Source: Lama guanicoe (Eukaryota). Taken from it: a stretch of 64,000 nt of DNA. Positions 25,431 to 38,500 of the stretch are shown one piece after another (the stretch's first letter is position 1; each line of letters begins with the position of its first letter). Under the pieces are notes generated by a model. That model saw only the letters and a program-made list of their open reading frames with translations. It made no database searches and was not told where the DNA came from. The stretch covers positions 656,941 to 720,940 of the forward strand of contig MU053792.1 in assembly GCA_013239625.1 (NCBI GenBank), in the 5' to 3' direction. The position numbers were made by a program, and so were the translations under genes.

Positions 25431-27856
25431 TCCCTTACCCTGAAGATGTAGCTTTAATATACATGTATGTTAGAGATTATATATAATTATATCGATTTAA
25501 GTATTGTTATTATGAGTAATTAGAAAAATGGTTTCAATTTACTCTTATTTATCAAGAAAGCCAGTCTCACTGAATGAATACTTATTTTGGTCTATGCATC
25601 TCTGTGGCCAACATCTCGTAATAGGACACTGAAAAATTGGGTGGATTTTTCCCTTATGGTAAAGAACTGGTGTCTCTAATTCATGTATCTAAACTGTCCA
25701 AAAGAGTTATATCTAGAATATCTAGATAGAAAAAGTAAAACTTTCAGATAATGAAGAGAAACTAAAGGGAACTGAAAAGGTCTATAACCATATTCTTATT
25801 CATGCTATGTAAACCCTTTAGTTTACTAATATTTATATTATTTGGAATGAGAAAATACCATAGAAGTGGAAAAGGCATAAATAATGCAAAAATTCTCTCC
25901 ACATGCATGAAGATTACAAAGTCAATTCATATTAGCTTCTCAAACAAAAGAGCATTCCAATATTTCAGCCAATTCTATTTTTATGCATAATTCAAAAATC
26001 GTATTACTTGTCCCCTTTACCATACTCAGTGAATCCTTTTCATATAGGTGTTTTTTTAACATTGAAAAAGCTTTAAGTGAATTATCTATGAATAAATCAT
26101 TGCAGTCCAGATTTAAAAGTACATTTGGCCTCAGGCTATTCCTCACAACTAGTGAATGCTCAAAAAACGGGAACGTAGTGTTAAAAAAAAAGGCACTGAA
26201 GAAAAAAGTCACTGGAAAAGTGATTTTATAAACAGAAACCATATATTAAGCTCAAATACCTTTTAGAAAGGTAAATATTACTCTATTTTTATGTATGATG
26301 AGATGTTTAATTTCATGATGGAGATATAAAAAGTAAGTGTTTATCTTTAGAAATCTGAGTAAAACTCTTGTACTAAGTAACGAGTTGCTCCTGCAATATA
26401 GTATAGAAAAAACATTCTGAATGCCTTTAATTATGTACCTATGGACACATTCAAAGGAACTCTAAAAAATGAAATTACTTGTTAAAATGATAGGATTATA
26501 GGATCCTTGTTTCAAATTTTTCTCTAATGCTTTAATAAATAAAATCCATACTTAATTTACAAAAACACCATCATGCATTATACATTATGATTTTAATTGC
26601 AAATGTTTGCTCTTTCCTGGATGATCTGTGTCGGGTAGAAGCTTTCAATAAATTTTCAACTACCTGTTACTCTACCTTGTACAAGGAGCTTTTTAATTTA
26701 GGTTTGTTGTTAAATTACTCAGGGAAAATAGTTCAGGGATTATGAATTAATATATGCTAATTAAGAGCATAAATATTTTAAACATGCACAGAGAGAACTA
26801 GAATGGAAATTTAAAGTAGCTCGAGGCCATTAAAGTTACAAAAGGACAATTTAAAAGTTACTAGCAACTGACCCAGAGGACTGGTGGGTAGTAGGTACAG
26901 CTGCAGGAATTACAGGCTTTGGAACTCTTACGGTACTCCAGTGAGCACAGCTGTACTAAGCTAATTTTGTTTGACACGATGATGCTACAGAAATCACTAA
27001 ACTTAGAAAGGTCTTGAGACAGAATCTACAAGATATAGTTTTTACAAAATATTTGTTGAGCTTCTTACATGTGAGAGTTGTAGAAATGATGTCTTAACTT
27101 CCAAATTTAAATTCATAGAAGCATTATTTGAAGCCACATTTGATAAACTAAATTAATGATTTCTTGCTTTTTTCTTCGGATTGATAATCTCAATCTTATT
27201 TTAGTAATTTTTTAAACTAAGAATTACAAAATTTAATTGTGCAATGTTTTAAATTCTGAAGGACAAATAGAAACCAAATAAACATGTAATTGAGGCTCAA
27301 AGTTACTGCAATTGTCAAATAAGTGTAAGTCTAATCTTTGGATGGCAGCCAAAAAACAGCAATTACTTATTTACTACCTGTTGGCTTGGCGCCCTGCAGA
27401 GCTGCCAACCATGACAATGGTTATAATCAAAAGATGTTGTAACTTACCATCCTGCTGCATCTGCATCATTGTAGGCATCTTGTTGAGGACATTTTCTACT
27501 ATATTGCCATCTTCCCTATGTGAAGTTCCATGTTTGAAACACATTTTAGAATTTAATACTAGAGAAATTTTTTCTTTCCATCCATAGACTGGTATGTTTT
27601 GTCCCCACCGGAAGTAAGAATATGGAGCTGTCCATGTTTTCCTTTTCGTTTTGATGCCCAAGAAGCCTACAGGTAGACATTTCTCTCTCATCACTGTTCA
27701 GCTTACCAGTACATGACATCTGATCGGAAGGAGATTATTTACATCAAGATAAAAGCATCAAGGAATGCTGCACACAAGATTCTGGTTCTGGGCCAGATCT
27801 GAGAGTACAGAGTATATTTGGATATTAGACAGGTGTAAAGGATTCAGTATAGTTCT

Positions 27857-28243
27857 GTTCTGGCTAGAACAAGCTAAGCTGCAGTAGCAAAAAGACCACA
27901 CATTTCAAGATCAGTAAAAGAGAAGTCATAATTCTGTCGTTTGCCTTCAAGTCAGCAGGGGAAAGACTTTCCTCCACTTGGTCTCTGGGGACCCAGGATC
28001 CTTCCATCTTGTGGTACTGGCACCCTATAAAGCCATCCCTGTCATCTGCCTTCAGCTAGCAGGAAAAAAGAACGAAGTACACATGAGACGTGAAATGTGT
28101 CACAGTGGCTCATGTCACTTCTACTCACTTTTCATTATGAAAGACTTAATTCACTCAGTCACCAGGAACTGCAAGTGAGACCCAGAAATGTAGTGGAAAT
28201 GAGTGCCAGGAGGAGGAGAAGGGATGTCAGTGGACTCTGCCAC
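27857..28243 (-). mobile_element. old MaLR LTR (MLT1-like)
   Basis: GGGACCCAGGATCCTTCCATCTTGTGG, GTCACTTCTACTCAC, AACTGCAAG...AGAAATGTAGT and end CTCTGCCACA, typical of MLT1J/K/L. Confidence 0.65.
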
Positions 28244-31200
28244 AAATATTAAAAATAACAAGTTAATTTTAAAATAGAAATAGTCTTGGGCATAGTAAAA
28301 AGCGTAATTGTTCTCTTAGACAATGTAATTTCTCTGTAGATTTTTTATCCATTGCAACTATCTTTTTTTCCCCATATGCAAAAACCTTAGCTATAAGCTC
28401 AGAGGTTTCAGAATCTATTAAAAATCCTAGATTGACAGGACAAACTAGGGAACACTTTTCAGCTGTGATTAAATGTAGATTTCACTGAAAGCATAGAAGA
28501 AAGACAATAAACTATTTACATAAAAAAGCAAAATAACTTCCTTCTACAGTCCATTTTAATAATGTATCCATTTCAAACAACTTTCAGAGGTTTTATCACT
28601 AGAGTCTCAACTTCCTTAATTTCAATAATTTTAAATGATTATAGAGTGGGTTGAAACAGAATGGAAAACTTAGTTTCTTAAATTAAAATTTATTGCAGTC
28701 ACTGAAAACCTCATATAGCTATGCTGTAACAGAACGTGACGTATAGTGACTCTGGTTAGAAAAGGATTGGTGGACAGTTTCCCAAAGACCACTGTACTGT
28801 ACATGCTCACTGTCTGGATGTGTGTGCTGGCTGTGTGTTATTGCCAGCACATCAGTGTGCCCCAGAACAATCCCCTGGGGCACAATACTTGTGTTTAACA
28901 TCAATACCACTTTCTCCAAACATGTGTTACGAGGTTTCATAGCTCAGCAGAAATCACCTGTCTACAGCACAGGACAAAATTATGCAAAAATAGGACATTA
29001 TTGAAAAAAATTCACATTCAAATGGACTGCAACTCAGTACGAAGCTAGAGAGGATGCTACATTATAATGTAAATTACCTGGCCACCCTACTTTCAGAAGA
29101 GCAAATTGTTCTCACTTTTTACCACTGGACAGGCACCTGCTCTAATTCATAAAATAAGAAACTCTGAATCTTTGCCTCTCCCTCCTCTCTGTGATCCTTA
29201 CCATCCAGTTTATATAGATGTTTATTTTAACAAAATCTTCCATGATAATTTACTCATTAATCTGTGGAATATTCAAGATAAACAAATATTTTTCCTCTGA
29301 CTTTGAAAATGAGGTTGACATTATTTTTAGCCCCATGGGATGAGTCACTACCAAAGGAAGCTTGGAGCTGAGAATTCCTGAAATGCCAATCCAAATGCAT
29401 CCTGTCCTCTAAACCATCTTTTTAAAATTAATTCTTCCATGCCAGATCATGACAAGTTCCATGACAAGTAACTTTTCTATGTGACTATGAAGAGAGCATA
29501 TTTACTTAAAAAAAAAAGGTAAAAAGAAAAAAATTTAAGTAGGAATTCTGCTCTAACCTGAGCTACTGTAGCAGTTACCTTCTTAAAGAACTCTTAATTT
29601 TGAACTTTTGGAGAATGTGAAATAAAGCTAAATTTCATTTTTAGCCCAAGGAAAGATTCTACCTAAGACAGTCTTTCTAATCCAATGACACATTTCTGAG
29701 TTCCTAAAAAGACATCCTTACAAATTAGTTTCTTTTCTTGGAAAGGAGGAATTGTCATGCTGGGTGAGAGAAATACAAATGTCAATGATAATATATTTTC
29801 TGTAGTTGAAGCTATCTCCCTGAGGCCAACAGCAAAGAGGAGGTGCAAAATGGAGTCAAACTGACTAAGATACTCAAGTGCAGGCATTTTTCTCCTTAAA
29901 AAAATGGATCATTGTTTAACTGTGTACTGAAATCAAAATCAAAGTTATGTACTATGGTTCACCTCCAATATGCACCCTGTATGTAAACAGAATACATATA
30001 ATCTTAAATTTTTAAGGGCCATGCTACCTGTGAAAGCAGGGTACAAAATTCATTGTTATCACACAAGTATATAGAGTACACGTGAAGCACTGACTGAAAG
30101 ACAAATCAGTTGAGTTTTGCCAATCTTTCACTAGTGTAATTATTTAAAGTGCATGATTGGGTCTCTGGTGCAATTCACAGATGACTGATACCTATGTGGG
30201 ACTCCAGGCAACAGCACCAAACATGAACACAACCTCTCTTCCACCTCAGTTGTCGTGATGCTTTGCATAAAGCAAATGTCAACAAATTTGGTTAGTTGAC
30301 TGGATGGATGGACAGACGGATATTTCAGGCAGATGAAGATTTCAAAAATTTGGAAACCAATACTTAACAATAGAAAATTATTGCTGAACCATGATAACAC
30401 ACACAGAAAAGAATGAGGAAACCGTTCAGTTCACTGCAGATGGAACAATTACTTAACACAAGCAAACATGCCTTTTAAGACATAGGATGCAGTGCAAATA
30501 CTAGCTGTCAGAATCATTATCCTTTTAAGGTACTCTGGAAGATGTCACAGGTTGTGATATGACAGTGCCATTATTCAAAAAGATTCATTGATAGAATCTT
30601 CAGAGATAACATATTTGTCATTTTGAGGGATTCTCAAGTCTAAAATGTGTAGGCAACGTGCTTTGTAGGAAAATTTACATCCTCTGTATTGCAATGAGAG
30701 ATCAATTTGTTAGAAGAAATTTGATAGCAGAGAGTTAAAAAGACCAGCCACCTAATATAGAATTATTTTCTTACCAAATGATATGTATATTCAAGGTCCT
30801 AAATGAAGTGTCTTTTTTTTGTTTGTTTTGGGTGGTAGTGGGGGTTTTTTGTTTTGTTTTGTTCTTTGTTTTTGTTTTGTTTTTTTGTTTTTTTGTTTTT
30901 TTTACCTAGTTGACTAACATCTCTTGAAAGGAACTAAAATGGAAGCCGAAGTTCACGTTAATGTGGGTGCTGATGAACTGAGAGGGACTGCCTTTCCGTT
31001 CCATTGCTCCCTTGGCAGCTTAGCCCTTTGAGCCATCAGGGTATTGAAATGGAAAAGATTTGTGCTTGCTGGAGCTCCTGGAGCAGGAGTCTTGTCCATT
31101 TCAATCAGCTGCCTACTTAGGAGTTGGGTATCAGTAAGGGGACACAAGGTGAGGAGAGACCCGTGAACGAGCTACATGATGGGTATGTCTTTGAACTTCC

Positions 31201-32570
31201 TATGTGAGGTATTACCAGCGTTGCAGCCTTTATTCTTAAAAAGTTGCTCTCTCTCTGTCTTTCTCTCTTTTGATCTAAAGAATTGAATTCTTGAGTCTTT
31301 TTTTTTTTTCATTTAAAAGGAAGTTGACATAACGTTGATTTGTAGAACAGACAAGCTGTATCTCTTCAGGCATTAGGATCTGATCTTGCTATTTAATTTT
31401 TAAATTACAAGTTTAGAAAGTGCTATAAATAGTTCTAATTTTGCACCCAAAGGGTAGGAATGACTAACAGATTTCTCTATTTCCCTGTCACTAATTAAGG
31501 GACCCCTTGAGGTTCATTGCAAAAAATAACATTGTAGGGGCAGATCTGTGCTAAAGTAGAATGGTTTTAAGGAGGAGGAAAATTCCAGTTCTTTTGTCAG
31601 TGGTTTCTATTTCTGAGCACCACCTAACAACCAAGAATGCTCTTCCCCCATCCCTGTTCCCTTCTGTCTGAATTTGCATTTCCCTCTCACCTCTTTCCTC
31701 CATGCTCACAAACTGGGGAAATCACCACACTGAAGCACTCTTCTAGTTTAATTTCTGTTCTCAGCATAACATCCAAGAACATGTGTTTTGTTATTTACAA
31801 AAAATAATCTATGAACCTGGACTCCGACAGACACATTAAGGAGTATTCCATGGTTGGATATCTTTCACTGATTCTACAAATATTTATTAATGGTGCAAAG
31901 CACTGTGCAAAGTGCAGCAGACTGACCCCTACAGAAGGTTCTGCCCTATTAGGGTTTACAACCAAACAGAAAAGAAAAACTTAATTAAACAAGCAACTGC
32001 ACAAATTACTTCTACAGTTATTAATCCTGACCTTTATAGTTGTCTTCCTTTTGCCTGGAACATTCTGCCCTCAGCTATTTCCAGAGCAGGCTAAATCTTA
32101 TCCTCCCAATTATCAGTGTTGGACACAGAGAGCTTAAATGGCCCAAAAACACTGCCTCAGAGATTGGTTGGGGAGGGTTTTGGTCTTGAACTCAAAGACC
32201 CTTTACTCTTGCAGAAGATCCAGTCATTATCTTCCTACATTCACAATAAAGCTTATTTTTCCTAATTATAAAAGTGATGAATGTCAATTATAATAAATTT
32301 GATATAAGTAGGAAATTGTAAAAGAATATTAAAAATTTCATACTCATGTCTCTCAAAGACAACTTTTGATAACTTGGCACATATTCTTCTACTCTCCTGA
32401 TATGACATCGTATTGCATATTCAACTGTGAAAGTTTTCAATATTGGGAAATAGCAGTTTCCAATCTACTATTTTATTGATATTAGACATATTTGTGTATT
32501 AGTCTTTTAAGACCACTTCCCAGAAGCTACTTGATATGAAACTTTTTAAGCCTCTTCAGATATTCATATA

Positions 32571-33067
32571 CAAATGGTCTTTGACTTGAGATGGTTCAAT
32601 TTTTCCACTTAACAATGGTAAAAAAAAAAAAAAAGATACACATTTCAGTAGAAACCATACTTGAAATTTTGAACTTTGGTCTTTTCCCAGGCGAACAATA
32701 TGTGGTGTGATCCTCTCCTGATGCTGGGCAGTGGCAGTGGGCCCCAGCTCCCGCTCAGTCACTCATGAAGATAAACGATCAATGTACTGACAACCATTCT
32801 GCACCCACACAACCATTCTGCTTTTCACATTCAGTAATCAATAAATTACATTAGATATTCAACACTTCTTTATAAAATAGGCTTTGTGTTAGATGATTTT
32901 GCCCAATGGTGGGCAAATGTAAGTATTCTGAGTAAGCTTAAGGTCAAATAAATTCAGCTATGATATTCTATAGATTAGATGTATTAAATGTATTTTTGAT
33001 TCACAGTAGTTTCAAATTAGTGAGGGTTTATCAAGACGTAACCTCATTGTAATTCAAGGAAGATCTG
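32571..33067 (-). mobile_element. MER47/Tigger5-derived non-autonomous DNA transposon
   Basis: Termini CAAATGGTCTTTGACTTGAGATG / CATTGTAATTCAAGGAAGATCTG with TA on both sides; interior TATAAAATAGGCTTTGTGTTAGATGATTTTGCCCAA matches recalled MER47. Confidence 0.85.
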
Positions 33068-33101
33068 TATATATTGAATTCCTTATAGGTTATGTGAATT
33101 C

Positions 33102-33127
33102 TGTGTGTGTGTGTGTGTGTGTGTGTG
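33102..33127. repeat. (TG)13 microsatellite at the L1 tail
   Basis: Direct reading; lies just inside the left TSD of the 33103-40931 L1. Confidence 0.95.
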
Positions 33128-35027
33128 TACACATACTTTTATTGAAGGAATAGTCAGTTTAAAATGTGTCAGTTTCTGGTGTACAGCATAATGCTTCAGT
33201 CATACATGAATATATATATATTCATTTTCATAATGTTTCACCATAAGTTACTACAAGATATTGAATATAGTTCCCTGTGCTATGCAGTATGAATGTATTA
33301 TTTATCTATTTTATGTATATTAGTTAGTACCTGCAAATCTCAAACTCCCAATTTATCCCTTCCCACCCACCTCCCCACCTGGTAACCATAAGTTTATTTT
33401 CTTTGTCTGTGAATCTGTTTCTTTTTTTATAAATAAGTTCATTTGTCTGTTTTTGTTTTTGTTTTTGTTTTTAAGATTTCACATGTAAGTGATACCATAT
33501 GGCATTTTTCTCTCTCTTTCTGGCTTACTACATTTAGAATGACAATCTCCAGGTCCATCTATATTGCTGCAAATGGTATTTTTAATGCCTGAGTAGTATT
33601 CCATCTTATAAATATACCACAGCTTCCTTATCCAGTCATCTGTCGATGGACATTTAGGTTGTTTCCATGTCTTAGCTATTGTACGTAGTGCTTCTATAAA
33701 CATTAGGGTGCATGTATCTTTTTGAATTGAGGTTCCCTCTGGATATATGCCCAGGAGTGGGATTGCTGGAGCATATGGTAAGTTTATTTTCAGTCTTTTG
33801 AGAAATCTCCATACTGTTTTCCAGAGTAAAACCAAACTACATTCCCACCAACAGTGTAGGAGGGAATCCCTTTTCTCTACAGTCTCTCTAGCATTTATCA
33901 CTTGTGGACTTTTGAATGATGGCCATTCTGACTGGTGTGAGGTGATACCTCATTGTGGTTTTGATTTGCATTTCTCTGATAATTAGCGATATTGAACATT
34001 TTTTTCATGTGACTATTGGCCATTTGTATGTCTTCATTGGAGAATTGATTTTTTAGGTCTTCTGTCCAGTTTTAGGTTGTTTTTTTCTTTTGTTATTAAG
34101 TTGTATGAGCTGTTTACATATTCTAGAAACTAAGCCCTTCTCAATCTCATCTTTTGCAAATATTTTTCTCCTAGTCAATAGATTTTCTTTTTTGTTTTAT
34201 TTGTGGTTTCCTTTGCTGGGCAAAAGCTTATAAGTTTAATTAGATCCCATCTGTTTACTTTTGCTTTTATTTCTATTGCCTGTATAGACTGCCCTAGGAG
34301 AACACTGTTGAGATTTATGTCAGAAAATGTTTTCCTACGTTTTCTTCTTAGAGGTATATAGCGTCTTATGTTTAAGTCTTTAAGCCATTTTGAGTTTATT
34401 GTGTATGGTGTGAGGGAGCATTCTAACTTCACTGATTTACATGCAACTGTCCAGTTTTCCCAACGCCATTTGATGAAGAGACTGTCTTTACTCCATTCTA
34501 TGGTCTTGCCTCCTTAGTCAAAGATTAATGGACCAAAAGTTTATGGGTTTATTTCTGGGCTCTCTATTCTGCCCTATTGATCCATATGTCTGTTTCTGTA
34601 CCAATACTGTGCTGTTTTGTTTAGTGTAGCTCTGTAGTATTGTCTGAAGTCTGGGAGGGCTATCCTTCCAGCTTCATTCTTTTTTACTTCAGTATTGCTT
34701 TCACAATTTTGGGTCTTTTGTGATTCTATATAAATTTTACTATTATTTGTTCTAGTTCTGTGAAAAATGTCCTGGACAATTTGAGAGGGATCACATTAAA
34801 TCTGTACATTGCTTTCAGTAGTATGGCCATTATAACAATATTAATTCTTCCAATCCACTAATATGGGATATCTTTCCATTTCTTTGAGTCATCTTTAATT
34901 TCCTTAGTCATTGTTTTATAATGTTCCACATATAGTTCTTTCACTTCCTTGGTCAGATTTATTCCTAAGTATTTTACTTTTTTGGATGCAATTTTAAAAG
35001 TGATTTTTTTCTGTACTTTCTTTTTCT

Positions 35028-36839
35028 TTTTTTTCAAACATTTTTTATTGATTTATAATCATTTTACAATGTTGTGTCAAATTCCAGTGTTCAGCACAAT
35101 TTTTCAGTCATTCATGGACATATACACACTCATTGTCACATTTTTTTCTCCGTGATTTATCATAACATTTTGTGTATATTTCCATGTGCTATACAGTGTA
35201 ATCTTGTTTATCTATTCTACAATTTTGAAATCCCAGTCTATCCCTTCCCACCCTCTACCCCCCTGGTAACCACAAGTCTGTATTCTCTGTCCATGAGTCT
35301 TTTTCTGTCCTGTATTTATGCTTTGTTTTTGATTGTTTGTTTTTGTTTTTGTTTTTTAGATTCCACATATGAGTGATCTCATATGGTATTTTTCTTTCTC
35401 TTTCTGGCTTACTTCACTTAGAATGACATTCTCCAGGAGCATCCATGTTGCTGCAAATGGCATTATGTTGTCAGTTTTTATGGCTGAGTAGTATTCCATT
35501 GTATAAATATACCACCTCTTCTTTATCCAGTCACCTGTTGATGGACATTTAGGCTGTTTCCATATTTTGGCTATTGTAAATAGTGCTGCTATGAACATTG
35601 GGGTGCAGGTGTCATCCTGAAGTAGATTTCCTTCTGGATACAAGCCCAGGAGTGGGATTCCTGGGTCATATGGTAAGTCTATTCCTAGTCTTTTGAGGAA
35701 TCTCCACANNNNNNNNNNNNNNNNNNNNNNNNNNNNNNNNNNNNNNNNNNNNNNNNNNNNNNNNNNNNNNNNNNNNNNNNNNNNNNNNNNNNNNNNNNNN
35801 NNNNNNNNNNNNNNNNNNNNNNNNNNNNNNNNNNNNNNNNNNNNNNNNNNNNNNNNNNNNNNNNNNNNNNNNNNNNNNNNNNNNNNNNNNNNNNNNNNNN
35901 NNNNNNNNNNNNNNNNNNNNNNNNNNNNNNNNNNNNNNNNNNNNNNNNNNNNNNNNNNNNNNNNNNNNNNNNNNNNNNNNNNNNNNNNNNNNNNNNNNNN
36001 NNNNNNNNNNNNNNNNNNNNNNNNNNNNNNNNNNNNNNNNNNNNNNNNNNNNNNNNNNNNNNNNNNNNNNNNNNNNNNNNNNNNNNNNNNNNNNNNNNNN
36101 NNNNNNNNNNNNNNNNNNNNNNNNNNNNNNNNNNNNNNNNNNNNNNNNNNNNNNNNNNNNNNNNNNNNNNNNNNNNNNNNNNNNNNNNNNNNNNNNNNNN
36201 NNNNNNNNNNNNNNNNNNNNNNNNNNNNNNNNNNNNNNNNNNNNNNNNNNNNNNNNNNNNNNNNNNNNNNNNNNNNNNNNNNNNNNNNNNNNNNNNNNNN
36301 NNNNNNNNNNNNNNNNNNNNNNNNNNNNNNNNNNNNNNNNNNNNNNNNNNNNNNNNNNNNNNNNNNNNNNNNNNNNNNNNNNNNNNNNNNNNNNNNNNNN
36401 NNNNNNNNNNNNNNNNNNNNNNNNNNNNNNNNNNNNNNNNNNNNNNNNNNNNNNNNNNNNNNNNNNNNNNNNNNNTTCTGTGAAATATGTCCTGGGTAAT
36501 TGGATAGGGATTGCATTAAATCTGTAGATTGCCTTGGGCAGTGTGACCATTTTAACAATATTGATTCTTCCAATCCAGGAGCATGGAATATCTTTCCATT
36601 TTTTAAAGTCTTCTTTAATTTCCTTCATCAATGGTTTATAGTTTTCTGTGTATAATTCTTTCACCTCCTTGGTTAGATTTATTCCCAGATATTTTATTAC
36701 TTTGGGTGCTTTTTAAAGGGGATTTGTTTCTTTACTTTCTTTTTCTGTTGATTTATCGTTAGTGTAAAGAAAATTTGAATGTTAATTTTGTAACCTGCTA
36801 CCTTGCTGAATTCTTCAATCAGCTCTAGTAGCTTTTGTG
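35028..36839 (-). mobile_element. young L1 3' part nested in the older L1, spanning the gap
   Basis: Intact ORF2 peptides on both sides of the gap (KELYTENYK...[38 protein letters not shown]); TSD TTC(T/C)TTTTCT at 35018-27 and 36840-49. Confidence 0.85.
35709..36475. other. assembly gap (767 N)
   Basis: Run of N. Confidence 1.
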
Positions 36840-37790
36840 TTCCTTTTCTGATATTTCACTGTTAGTGTAAAGAAATGCAACTGATTTCTGTATGTTAATC
36901 TTGTATCCTGCTACCTTGCCAAATTCTTTTATCAGCTCTATTTTTTGTGTGGCACATTTAGGGTTTTCTATACACAGGTTCATATCATCCACATATAATG
37001 AAAATTTTACCTCTTCTCTTCCAATTTGGATCCCTTTAATTTATTTCTCTTGTCTAATTGCTATAGCTAGGACTTCCAATACTATTGAATATAAGTGGTG
37101 AGAGTGGGCATCCTTGTCTTGTTCCAGATTTTAACTGGCAGGCTTTCAACTTTTTACCATTGAGTATTATCCTGGCAGTAGGTTTGTCATAAATAGCTTT
37201 TATTATGATGAGGTATGTTCCCTCTATAACCACCCACTTTGGTTAGAGTTTTTTCATAAATGGGTGTTGAATTTCATCAAATGCTTTTTCTGCATCTATT
37301 AAGATGATCATGTGATTTTTGTCCTTTCTTTTATTGATATGGTGTATCACATTGATTCATTTACATATGTTGAACCATCCTTGTGTCACTGGGATGCATC
37401 CAAATTGATCATGGTGTATGATCTTTTTTCAATGTGTTGTTGGATTCTGTTTGCTAATATTGTGTTGCAGATTTTTGCATCTATGTTCATCAATGTAGTT
37501 TTCATTTTTGGTAGTGTCTGTCTGGTTTTGGTATCAGGGTGGTACTGGCTTCATAGAATGAGTTTGGGAGTATTCCCTCCTCCTCAGTCTTTTGAGAAGG
37601 ATTGATATGAGCTCTTCTTTGTATGTTTTATAGAATTCCCCAGTGAAGCCATCTGGTCCTGAACTTTTGTTTGCAAGATTTTTTATTGCTGATTCTGTTT
37701 CATTTCTAGTGATTGGTCCAGTTCAAATGATATTTCTTCTTGATTCTGTTTTGGTGGACTGTATGTTTCCAGAAACTTGTCCATATTTTC

Positions 37791-38500
37791 TATGGGTTTT
37801 GTCCAGCAGAAGTCCCACCACAATGGGATTAATTACTCAAGACTCTGGAAAGTCAAGAGAGCAAGAGGGAGTTGAAGACCAACTCCCCGAACCTCTCAAA
37901 CACTCCCATATTTATTGTGCACAATCAAAGAAAATATCACAAACAGTTGTGTCATGGAATGCGGGAGCTTAAGGAAAAACAGGAATGAGTAGAGATCCTA
38001 ATTTTCACAATGAGTACAAAGGCTTAATTTACCTTCAGGGCAGCCATGGGAAGAGGGGAACAAGGTACATTCTTCAGATATAAGAAGTTGATTACAAAAG
38101 AGAACACCAGACTGCCAGTTTCTTGTCTTGGGAGTTATAGACTAAACAGCAGAAAGCATGTCCAGCAATTATAGCTGAAGGCATAGGTTGTCGCTTTGCA
38201 ACGAGCAGAGTAGACCCTGAACTATGGACCTATGCTTAAGATAAATAAGTCGTGTCCTGCATTTATAGCAAGGGACACACAATGGCTTTGCCATTGCAGA
38301 AGCAGTCCTAAGCTAAAACTTCAGCTATGCAAGCAAGGCATTGTCTCTGTTTTTATGGCAAGGAGACAGGAGTGCAGATACATAGGTGCCTGCTAGCAAA
38401 GAGGTTAGGAAACTTATTAACCAAACATATTTGTTCTTCTTAAAGGTCACAAGCAACTGGGGTCTGTTTCAATTTATTAACCCAATCATGGGTTCCCACA
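37791..38500 (-). mobile_element. solo ERV LTR (~710 bp) inserted in L1 ORF2
   Basis: Inverted termini TATGGG (decayed TG) / CCCACA. L1 is colinear across it. Degenerate 5-bp TSD TTTTC / TCCTC. Minus-strand AATAAA at 37911-16, ~120 nt from the 3' end. Confidence 0.8.

Noticed and set aside
35356..36664. Long ORFs of 268-405 aa
   Set aside because: Artefacts of translating through the N gap; real parts are L1 ORF2.
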